Positions 50,751-64,000 of a stretch of DNA of 64,000 nt are shown here, in pieces (positions within the stretch are counted from its first letter, which is position 1; each line of letters starts with the position of its first letter). The notes under the pieces were generated by a model that worked only from the letters and a program-made list of their open reading frames with translations, ran no database searches and was not told where the DNA came from. Origin of the DNA: Mustelus asterias (taxonomy: Eukaryota); contig NC_135817.1 in assembly GCF_964213995.1 (NCBI RefSeq), positions 44,454,001 through 44,518,000 of the forward strand, in the 5' to 3' direction. Made by a program: the position numbers and the translations under genes.

Positions 50751-51614
50751 TGAGATGAAAATAAAACTTTTCTCCCTTGTTTCTTCCTCTCATATTGAGT
50801 CGTACAGAAACAAAATTCATTGTGTGCACCAGCTCCCCTCCCAAATATATCAATTACGCACGCATGCACAGAATAACTGATTTTCCACATATCAAAGGGT
50901 AATTAGGCCAATTAAAGCTTGGCTCTGATCAGCTAATTAACCACTTTGTAGCATTTTAAACACACATTGTGAATGATATTTCATTTACATTAATCTCCTC
51001 ATACGGATTTGATGAGAATTGGTGTGAACATTGCTTATAGAACAGTTACCACACTTTCAATAGAAAGTAATTAAATGCCTAAGGTGTCAACAGAGAAATC
51101 AACATGAGTATTGCTGGAAAAGGACAGCTTAGCAGTTAACTGTCAGTCATCAGTTAACTGGTGCATTCTCCATGTCTACCAGTCAGGGTCCACTTGCCAG
51201 TCTCCTTATTCAGTCTTAATTGTTATTCCCTTTACATTTGGTATTCTTGCAAATTATCCTGATGAGCGCAAAACAAAAAGCTTTTGAGTCTTTCAGTAAT
51301 CCCCAAGTTCTGAACTACCAACTATTGGAAATTAACATGATGGATGTTCTACAAATAAATGCAAGGAGAATCTGTTGTAAAAAGTAATACAATATGACAA
51401 GGTTACTGAAGACCAGGTATGCAAAAATTATTTTTCTGACACAAATTTACCCTTGTTACCCTTCAGTGTGTTAATAACTGTGAAAAAAGAACTCGGGCTA
51501 TTTTGAGAAGAGCTGAGATTTTCTCAGTGTTTACACTTTTGTTGGTTGGTGCTAATCAGGAAATTACAGCTTTTCTAATAATCTATTACATTTTTCTTTT
51601 AACTTGTTTGACAG

Positions 51615-51691
51615 ATTTTTACAGTAAGCCACTGCCACCAGTACAAGTGAGCCAGAAACCAAATGCTGATACCCAAGAAGTCATCTCCTAG
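51615..51691 (+). CDS. ARL13B: ARL13B last coding exon
   Basis: gacag|AT...; encodes DFYSKPLPPVQVSQKPNADTQEVIS*, matching the mammalian C-terminus DFYRKPLPP...DVIS. Confidence 0.95.
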
Positions 51692-53538
51692 CAGTATGGA
51701 TCTCTTATTGCTCTTTGAACAGAAATAAAAAGATAATATTTGAAGTATTATTCAAAAAATTAAACTTGCGATTCATTCTTTCTCATCAGGAAAGATCTAA
51801 AGAACTTATCAAGGAGGGAATCTATTGTCACTTTTCAGAACAGAACAGAGCTTTCCATTCTGCATTCGAGGACACTATTGGAACTGCATTGGCATGTTTG
51901 CAAAGCAAATAAATGGCTGGAATGGACAGACTTTAATTTCGAGGAAAGTGTTGAACAGATACATCAGGCATGCGGTATATTTTGTAAACATTGGAGAAGG
52001 AAGAAGCAGTGAGACAATATACAAAAGTATTTTTTTCTGCTGTTTAAGCCAGTAGAATTTTGTATCGGTTGAAATGTTCATGAGGATGCACTGAAACCGG
52101 ATAGAAAAAAGCATCACTTTTTTAAATACAAGAATTGGTATTTGTATAGTACAAAACATTTTAATGCCTTTCATGCTTATTGTCTTTTGAGCATTCTTTC
52201 TAGAAAATGCAACATAGTCATGCAACTAATTATGTTTAGAACTGCAGATATTCTAGGTTTTGTTTCAAAGCTTTAGAAAGAACTTCTATTCAAGCGATCT
52301 TGAAACTCAATTGGATTGAATGTCTGCCAGTACTAATGTAGTGATATTTTGTTAGATGTTCCATGGAGCAAAAGAAAACACGTAATATTACCAAGCAATA
52401 ATCCCTTCATCTTCCTTGTATACTGCTGAGTTGACTCTGGATATGGTGTAATAGCTTCTTACATAAATATCCCAATTTTTAAATTGCAGAAACACTTCCC
52501 TTTAAAAGACTCTCAATCTGCGATCAGAGAAAACAAATCACGGTTATGTAGATTAAAGTCAAATGTGACATTTTAGAAGTGGCTTGTATTTTCCATCCTG
52601 AGATGTGATAGATCTGTTCTTGTAGAGAACAGTAATATAATGTAGTATACTTCAATGGTCATGAAAGTTGTCTGTAAAATTTAAATTTTTATCTTATTTA
52701 AAATGACCCATCTTGTGTCTGTAATACGTATTTCCTTTCTTGAAATGTTTTGAGTTTGTTTATAATAGTTACTAATTTGTATTTACAAATGAGTTTATGA
52801 CAGTTTTTCAAGCACTTTGTACATCTTTCAAAAAACGATCTTGCATTTTTATAAAAAGTATTACGTGTTGTGAAAAGGAAACAGTGAATCACTTGGTTAG
52901 ACCATAAGAAATAGGACCAGGAGAAGGCCACATGCCCCTCTAGCTTGCTCTACTGTTCAGTAAGATCATGGCTGATCTTCAACTATAACTCTACTTTACT
53001 ACGTGATTCCCATATCCTTTGATTCCCTTAGGATACAAAGGTGTATTAATCTCAGCCTTGAATTTTCTCAACAACTGAGTATCCACAGCCCTCTGATGTA
53101 CAGCATTTTAAGTATTCAAAACCCCTGACTGAAGAGGTTACTGCCCATCTCAATCCTTATCCTTTGATTTGGCCCCTAATTCTAGATTCTTAACCAATGG
53201 AAACAACATTTCAACATGTACCATATCATGCCCTCTCTGAATCTTCTGCATTTGGAAAAATGAGATGATTTCATCGAAACAAAATCTTGTACAATTTCAG
53301 CAAGACTTCCTTCATTGTGTACTACAACTCCCTTCCAATAAAAGCGAACATACCATTTGCCTTCCTAATTGCTTGCTGTACTTGTACATTATCTGCACTT
53401 CATGCACAAGGACACACAAATCCTTCTGAACACTAACTTTTAATAGATTTTTTATCATTTAAAAATATTACCTCTTTCTATTCCTATCATAGACTAACTG
53501 TATTTCCCCACATTAGGCTCCATCTCCATAGGCTCCGG

Positions 53539-53799
53539 GGGCGGCATGGTAGTACAGTGGTTAGCACTGCTGCTTCACAGGAACCCGAGTTCGGGTCACT
53601 ATGTGTGGAGTTTGCATGTTCTCCCCATGTCTGCGTGGGTTTCCTCCGGGTGCTCCGGTTTCCTCCCACATTCCGAAAGACATGCTGGTTAGGTGCATTG
53701 ACCCAAATGGGCGCCGGACTGTGGTGACTGAGGGAATTTCACAGTAACTTCATTGCAGTGTTATTGTAAGCCTTACTTGCGACTAATAAATAAAATAAA
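53539..53799 (+). mobile_element. V-SINE with alternative tail
   Basis: Same subfamily as 12553-12840. Confidence 0.8.
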
Positions 53800-55061
53800 T
53801 CTGCTGCTTTGCAGTGTTATTACACTATCCCACAGTGGTCTGAATTGAACAAAACTTATTAATAGATTTCATTAGAGTACCTTACTGTATTGTCTTGGAT
53901 ATGTAACTGAACATCAAACTATTGCTTCATCAATCAAAACGAACAAAAAGAAAAACTTTAAAGTTCGGGTTGCGACAAATCCTTCCTCTAATTATCCATC
54001 TTTCTTCTTGCTTGATAGTGCTTAATGTTGAAGAATGAATGTCAGCAACTATCTAATAACTCACCAAGTAGGAACTATATGCCTGTCAGCCTGGACAGAT
54101 TGAATAATTTGTGTATTTAACCAGTGGGCCGTTGCAGTTGAGTTCAGCCTGTTCTGCTGCTGATGTCCAGACGTGCATTTCCACCGGTAAGAACCATTGG
54201 ATAACTATCCAATGTTGGAAAATCATCTGATTTCCTGGGCTCTTGCTTCCCCTTTCTTTCCCACCACCCACCTACCCAAACAACCCTCCCAGTTCTGGGA
54301 AACAGATCAATTGCTGTTAACACGCACAGCCCATTTAAAATAAAAAGAGGATATATACTGGAAATATTCATCAATTCAGACAGCATCTGTGGAGGAAGAA
54401 ACAGTTAACCTTTCAGATTGATGACCTTGTGTCATACTATAAAATTGGCTAACAGCACAGATGAGGGGTTGAACCAGCCACCTTATGAAACAAAATACCA
54501 TAAATAATGGTGAATTCATTTTTGGTAAGAACATTAAATATTTGTATCAAAACATTTATGTTTCTGATATGTGTATTTTGTTTAATTTCTTTATCTAAAC
54601 ATAAATTTTACATAGTTGTTGCTATTTATTTTATTCCAAGACAAAGTGTTAAACTATGTGCTCTGCAATTTTTAAAATCCACCTCATTGGTTTGCAATAA
54701 AATTTCCTTTTTTAAAAAAAAGTTATTTTCTTATGTTTCAAACATCTATAACAAGTATTACAAATTAAATGTTTTGATTTACACTGTGCTTCCCTTTTAA
54801 GCCCTAGCTTAATCACACTTCTTTTTGAAAGTAATGTATATTATTTTGAACCATTTGTAGTAATAGATCTATTTGTAATCCAGTAATCATTTTTTTTTAA
54901 AGTACTGATTTGTGAAACACATTTATCAGTTTTTTCAAAGTCAGTACTTTGTGGTAGAATTGAAATGTTACTGTAAAATGTATTAGTCAAAAGCTGATTA
55001 AAATCCATTGTATTATACTTTGGGGCTTTATTTAATATCTGAAGATTTTATGGTCTTTTAA

Positions 55062-55067
55062 AATAAA
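55062..55067 (+). terminator. Candidate distal poly(A) signal of ARL13B
   Basis: AATAAA ending a long AT-rich, 3'UTR-like stretch and followed by GT/T-rich sequence. Alternatives at 51724 and 54696. Confidence 0.3.
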
Positions 55068-56619
55068 AATAACTTTTAAAAAGTGTTGCATAGTTCTTTT
55101 TCTAGCATCATTAGTTTGCAGACTCCAACAGTAATGATTCATTTTTACTCCTGATAACCTAGGATCAAACACTCAGATCATTTCTGGGGCATTCCTTATA
55201 AATCAAGTAAATCCATACCAAATTAGTTGTTTGTATATAAGATGAGAGTGTCTTTTGTGTCTGTGCATTTGTTCTGATCTCTTTGGCCTACCCATATAAC
55301 TCGATCTACACTACATCAATTAGGATGACAATATTCTCACAAGCAGGCAGCAATATCAGTCTGACTAGCAAAATGCTGACCTCATGAAAGAGATATGGAA
55401 ATGTGAACATCATGCCTACTCATCCCATGGCTAGTTTTGATTTGAGAACTGCAGGAAAAAGTGCATGTTTCATTTTGAATATGAAATAACAATATTCAGC
55501 AGAACTGATTCAACAGAAACTGATCAACTTGAAGTATTAGCTTATAAAAGGTCTAGAATTAAGCAAACTGAGCTTAAAAACAATTGTGTTTTTGCAAACA
55601 CAAATGCTTCATTCATCCCTTCATACACAATATCAAAATGTATCTATAAAAATGTTTTAATTGGCAAGTCATAACATTCAAGGTTATGGGCCAAGTGTTG
55701 GTAGATGGGGTTAGGTAGGAGTTCAATTATTTCTGATGTGTTGGTGCAGACTCAAAGGGCCTCTTCTGCACTGTATGATTCTAAGTATTGTTTCTAGAAT
55801 ATTTTAAGTCCTGGAAAATTTATTCCCTGGACTACGTGAAACAGATACCACGGTCTTGTTTTTAAAAAAATAACTTGAACTTATTTTGTCCTCGATTCAA
55901 TATTCAAAGTTCGATCAAATGGATGTGCCATTTCTTTATGTTATTGTTAGATCACCAGTGGAAGCTTGTAATCCCCTTTCTGTGTATACGTACACCCACC
56001 CCCACACACGCACCAAAAAAGAAATCTAGTAGCAATGGGGAACTTGGGTATTGGAGGGAGCAGTATTGCCAGAGTCTGGCAAAACTAGTGCAGATATCCT
56101 GGAGTTTAGGCAGACTGGTGCAGGTGCTGAGGTTTTGTAGCATTATAACACATCCCATGGTACTGCACTTTAATAAAATGAGGGATGGATTGCAGGCTTA
56201 ATACTAAGTGGTGAGTCGAGTATTCTGAAGTTTTGTCAGTTTTGTGGTGTGTTGTCCTGAGAGCAAAGTGAGGAGAGTAATCAAAATTTTTGTGTTGAAG
56301 GAATGGTTCTTGAATTTTGGAACACGGTGCTTTGTAGCAGGGGTTCCTTGAGTTTGACATGCAAAAGGCGTCCTTGGGTTTGAAAACACTGGGGCAGGGT
56401 TTGGGGTCTAGCGGCAGAAACTTGGGGCCACCAGGAATGTGGTATTCTAGAAGTCCTCTTTAGCACTGCTAAGAAGATTTATAGGGTTTGATAGCACTAA
56501 GGTAAAGTTGGGTCTGTAACAGATAGGGTATCAGATCCACCAGGACGTCAAGAGTAATCATTTCTGGATTGTTACCTAACCCACATGCCAATTGACATTG
56601 GGTCAAGTTGATTAGAGTA

Positions 56620-59025
<2,406 letters not shown>

Positions 59026-59966
59026 GATTACAGAATTAAATGCGTGACTCAAAGATTGTTGTGGGAAAGAGGGGTTCAATTCATGGGGCACTGAGCTCAA
59101 TACTCAGAGAAAAAGAAGCTATTCTGCTGGGATGGAATTTTATTTAAATCAGACTGGGACTAGTGTGTGTCTTGGCCAATCATATGGCTAGGGTTGTGGA
59201 TAAGGCTTTAAACAAATGAGGATGGAGGAGTGGTTAAGTCCAGTGAAGGGGAATTTTGAAATCCAAAGAGAAAGCTCAAGGCAACTGAACAGTGTAGCAA
59301 TATAGGAAAGACAAGCAGAGTGGGACAGAAAGGTTTAGAAAGTATGAGTGTCACCAAGTAAGGTCCATACAGGATATTGTGGTAGAAAAAAATAAATTAG
59401 AGAATTTTTATCTGAGTCTGTGAAACATCCACATAAAGATAGATGAATAAGTGGCACAAATAGATACAAGTGGTTTAAATTTAAGTGGTTTACAAGTGGT
59501 TTAAAGTGGTTTAAATCACCATTACAGAGATATGGTTACAAGGTTGAGAAATAAATTTTCCAAGATGCACAATATTTTGGAAAAACAGACAGAATGGTAA
59601 GGAGAAGGGAGAACTCAAACAGTAAAGGATGAGATAAGGACACTAGTGAGAAAGGATCTGAGCTTGGAAGATCATGAAGTCGAATCAGTATGCGTGGAGA
59701 TTGGGAATAGCCAGAAATAGCAAGGGAATTTTCACAGTAACTTCATTGCAGTGTTGATGTAATCCTACTAATAAATAATCTGTAAACAGGTGGGAGTAGC
59801 AGCATATAGTTCCCCCTTGAACAGAGCATTTAACAAGTTACTGGAGCTTCTAGCAAAGGCAATGTAATAATTGTGAGGGATTTTTAACCCTCAGATACAA
59901 TGGAACAATCAAAATGACACAGGTCTAGAAGATGAGCTTGTGTCTTTTTTCTGACAGATTGTGACA

Positions 59967-60812
59967 GGGGTGGCACAGTGATTAGCACTGCTGCCTCACA
60001 GCGCCAGGGACCCGGCTTGGGTCACTGTCTGTGTGGAGTTTGCACGTTCTCCCTGTGTCTGCGTGGGTTTCCTCCGGGTGCTCTGGATTCCTCCCACAGT
60101 AAGAAGTCTCACAACACCAGGTTAAAGCCCAACAGGTTTATTTGGTAGCACAAGCTTTCGGAGTGTTGTTCCTTCTTCAGGTGAGTGAGGAGTTGTGTTC
60201 ACAAACAGGGCATATATAGACACAAACTCAATTTACAAGATAATGGTTGGAATGTGAGCCTTTACAGGTAATCAAGTCTCAAAGGTACAGACAATGTGAG
60301 TGGAGAGAGGCTGAACTCAACAGAAACTGATAGCCAAGTTCCGCACACATGAGGATGGCCTCAACTGGGATCTTGGGTTCATGTCACACTATCTGTAACC
60401 CCCACAACTTGCCTGGGCTTGCAAAATCTCACTAACTGTCCTGGCTGGAGACAATACACACCTCTTTAACCTGTGCTTAACCCTCTCTCCACTCACATTG
60501 TCTGTACCTGTAAAGACTTGCATTCCAACCATTATCTTGTAAATTGAGTTTGTGTCTGTATATGCTCTGTTTGAGAACACAACTCCTCACTCACCTGAAG
60601 AAGGTGCGACACTCCGAAAGCTTGTGCTACCAAATAAACGTTTCGGACTTTAACCTGGTGTTGTGAGACTTCTTACTGTGCTTATCCCAGTCCAATGCTG
60701 GCATCTCCACATCATTCCTGTCACAGTCGAAAGCTGTGTGGGTTAGGTAGATTAGCCATGCTAAATTGCCCCTCAGTGTCAGGGGGACTAGCTAGGGTAA
60801 ATGTGTGGGGTT
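59967..60812 (+). mobile_element. HE1 SINE split by the Penelope insertion
   Basis: Head and V domain at 59967-60100 resume at 60715. Confidence 0.8.
60101..60714. mobile_element. Penelope-like terminus with inverted arms, nested in an HE1 SINE
   Basis: LIAKFRTHEDGLNWDLGFMSHYL* at about 60327-60398; hammerheads at 60149-60183 (-) and 60592-60636 (+); imperfect TSD ttcctcccacagt / ttcctgtcacagt. Confidence 0.85.
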
Positions 60813-60889
60813 CCTGGAGCAATATATTGCAGAACTGACAAGGGAAAATATACTAATTTAAAGATCTAGCATTGTGCAAAGAGTAATAA

Positions 60890-61380
60890 AGTGGAAGCCT
60901 TGGGGCCTGTCCAAGGAGTGGGTCCCAGTGGAAGCCCTGGGAGTCTGTCCTGGGATCTGTCCGGGGTGGGACCCAGTGGATCCCCGGTTCCTGTAGGGCG
61001 GCCCCGGTGAAACTCTGTGGAGAGGCCGGCCGGCGGTCGCTATGGTTCCGGGAGCCGCCGCGGCCCCTCTCCTGGCTCAAGCCGGTTGCGGCGCCCGCTT
61101 CGCTGCCTCCCTCGCCCGGTGTAAGTCTTTGACGGCCGCCGGGCGGAGCGGCGGCAGCCTCGGGCCCGAATCCAGGCCCCGGCAGCAGGTGAGAGCCGGA
61201 GCCCAGGCGGGGGAGCGACACGGCGGGAGCCGGGACTGGGGCCGGGGCCGGGCCGCAGTTTCCCGGGGAAAGGGGCTGCCAGCGGGGCCGGCTCGATGGG
61301 CAGAGCAGCCTGATAGTTTGCTGCAGCCACAGGTTACTCCTGTTGGGTTGTCCTGAGGCAGAGTTCAGCCTGAGGCAGCT
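60890..61380. promoter_or_regulatory. CpG island / promoter of the downstream gene
   Basis: Abrupt GC- and CpG-rich stretch in AT-rich DNA, with a GGGCGG box and no TIRs or repeat tail. Confidence 0.75.
61042..61188 (+). CDS. Probable first coding exon of the next gene (NSUN3 expected by synteny); resembles a mitochondrial presequence
   Basis: Strong Kozak gctATGg, 49 codons (MVPGAAAAPLLAQAGCGARFAASLARCKSL...), phase-0 donor CAG|gtgaga. Identity inferred from gene order only; no exon 2 recognised in the window. Confidence 0.45.
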
Positions 61381-61767
61381 TCAGGATTTTAATTGTGTTT
61401 TTTTAAATGTTAATAATGGGGAAGAAGAATAAACAGATTGAAGGATTGTTAAATTAAAGTTTAGAGAGGGTGAATTCAGTGTCATATCAGCTACAGAGAA
61501 ATACATTAAAGACGTGGGAGAGGAAATGGGATTGAGCAGAAACATAAGAAAAGTGAAATGAAAGGTTTTAAAATCTCTAACAGCAATTGAAACCAGAGTG
61601 AATGAGAATGTGTACAAACTTTAAAAAAATTAATTCATGGGACATTGGTGTTGCTGGCTGGCCAGAATGTATTGTCCATCTCTAGTTGCCCAAGGGCATT
61701 TGAGAGTCAACCACATTGCTGTGGCTCTGGAATCACATGTAGGGCAGACCAGGTAAGGACGGCAGAT

Positions 61768-62073
61768 TTCACAGAATCCTACCGTACAGTAGGAAGCCAT
61801 TCGGCCCATCGAGTCTGCACCAACCACAATCCCACCCAGGCCCTATCCCCATAACCCCATGCATTTACCCTAGCTAGTCCTGACACTAAGGGGCAATTTA
61901 GCATGGCCAATCCACCTAACCCACACATCTTTGGACTGTGAGAGGAAACCGGAGCATCCGGAGGAAACGCACGCAGACATGGGGAGAACCTGCAAACTCC
62001 ACACAGACAGTGACCCAAGTCGAGAATCGAACCTGGGGCCCTGGCACTGAGGCAGCGATGCTAACCACTGTGC
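61768..62073 (-). mobile_element. HE1 / V-SINE nested in an older SINE-like repeat
   Basis: Reverse HE1; the host repeat (about 61625-62115) resembles 34680-34990. Confidence 0.85.
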
Positions 62074-64000
62074 TCTTTCCTAAAGGATATTTCCTTCTCT
62101 AAAGGACATTAGTGACACTTAATTTTCAGTACTGGAAAGGTTGAGTGGTAATAATTCAGCTATCATGTCATGCAAGCGGCACTTAGACTGGAATGGATTT
62201 GACACCTAACTCATTGAGAGGCAAGTTTAGTGCAAGTGCAGGAACTTCAGGTGGTTCAATGCATCTGCCAACCAAGATGATTTTGTGTAGCTGCTGATGA
62301 CGTATTGCAGTTCAGACAGCACTTTTTGAGTTTTATCACACATCTGCCCTTTTTGTCTGAAGTTGCTGAAGTTTAAGTATAAACAACAGTGCCACTAACC
62401 TATAATTTTGAAATGTAAATCAGATGGAAAAGGCCCAATTGCAAGGGAAAGACAACAAGAAGTGGAAAACAATTATGAAAACCAACTTGTCTTGTGTCCC
62501 AGTCAGTTTGAGGCTGCTGCGGATGGGGATTGGAAAGAGCACCAGTATTTGCCAGTGATTTACTGTATTAAATGTGCTAAGGTACAAAACACCAGACATA
62601 AAAATCATCTAGTAGATTAATGACTAGATTAATGACCACCCTGTATAAGGCATCCGTGCTGTCTGCCTTGACCACTCTCTGTGACAGTGAGTTCCATTTT
62701 CTGTGGAGAGTTGCATGCTTTGGCACCCTCCTCAGAGGACAACAGTGAGCATGCCTGGCAGGTAGTGGCTGCCATGGTCAACACTGTGTGTGTTTGCAGC
62801 ATCTCAGGGCAAAATTAATAACTGAGTATAGGACATCTTTGAAACAAATGTGAGAAAATAGACAACAAAGAAATCACTAGTTAATGGTATATAATTTAAT
62901 GCAAGGAGTCTGGTGAATAAGGCAGTTGAGGTGAGGGCATAGACAAACACGTGAAAGTATGATGATATAACTATTACTGAATTATGGCTTAAAGATGGAC
63001 AGACCTGGCAGCTCAACATTTAGGTTGCAGGGTTTTCAGATGGATTAGGGAGGAGGATAAAAAGGGAAGGGTTGCAGTGTTGGTTAAGGAGGCAATCACA
63101 GACGTGAGGAGGGCATTTGAGCAGGAGATAGGGTTCAGAACAGACATTTTTCCATAATAAGTATGGGATTTACAAATCTATCTCCCCCACTACCACCACC
63201 AACCTGCCAAACATCAAAGAGCACGAAGAGTACAATAAGGCAACAAAGAATACTTATTTCAGATGCCCAAAGTTTAAAACTGCAGAAAGACAAGAGAACG
63301 ACAGAAAATTCAGGGGTGGAATTAAAAAGGAAATGATAATATATCAGAATGTTAAATCAAGCAAAAAAGTATACTGGAGACCAGAATGATTAAACTATTG
63401 TATAATAAATTGTGTACACTGAAATGTGGAGTGGAATATCAGCAAAGGAACAGATTGCTTTATATTATTGAGCATAGGTGATCATTAATGTAAAGAAGCA
63501 GAATTTAAGAGAGAACAAAAATGGGGGATCTCTGACATGAACTATAGCACAGATAGATTTGCAAAATGTTGGATAGCCAGGAATGTAACTAATGTAAAAC
63601 CACATAATGGTTTAGAGATGTACATGAAAGTTCAATTAATGAATTTGGAAGTACAAGACCAAGAGAAGGTTCACAAAGATCTGAAGAACAGTGACTGGGA
63701 TGTGCAGTGTAGACAAGAAATTAGTAATGGAATGGACATATTGAAAATTAGTATAATTTTTAGTTTGTGGATAATTTGAGTTTTGTAATTGCACCTTCAG
63801 TAACTTCAGAAAATATAGATAGAAGAGAAACTGGAAAGAGATTTGCCTAGTTATGAGTATAATCTTGGAAATCGATTCCAACATCTTAGTCACGTTTATA
63901 TACTGTGTGGAAGTGTAGGATGTTAACCTGCTTTATGTTAACCTGTTTCTGTGGGAACAGCTGTTGACCTAAGTTAATTGCACCAAGATATCAATTTCTA

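Noticed and set aside
59468-59516. Short aagtggttt(a) repeats as an array
   Set aside because: Slippage repeats within decayed CR1; no spacers, and CRISPR is not expected in vertebrate DNA.
62408-62620. Possible NSUN3 exon 2 (KCKSDGK...)
   Set aside because: Only superficial similarity; no VLDHFEKQY-like motif or convincing acceptor.

Overview
Vertebrate genomic DNA, most likely from a shark or ray (HE1/V-SINEs, abundant CR1 LINEs, Penelope fragments). The window holds the 3' part of ARL13B on the + strand: seven coding exons at 29900-51691, equivalent to human exons 4-10. STX19 (CDS 10744-11625) is nested antisense in the preceding large intron, the same arrangement as in mammals. A CpG island near 61 kb has a probable first coding exon of the next gene (NSUN3 by synteny, not confirmed). 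The rest is mostly transposon-derived: a CR1 LINE with an uninterrupted APE+RT ORF2, many decayed CR1 pieces, a Rex1/Babar-like fragment, about ten HE1 SINEs, four Penelope-like termini with minimal hammerhead ribozymes, Harbinger-like and hAT MITEs, and a decayed hAT transposase. The most unusual object is a ~325-bp highly structured retroposon at 8941-9265 with two U2 snRNA-derived heads, a poly(A) tail and a 15-17-bp target-site duplication, resembling the SINEU class known from crocodilians. Exon coordinates were read from splice sites; boundaries of old repeats are approximate. No database search was run.
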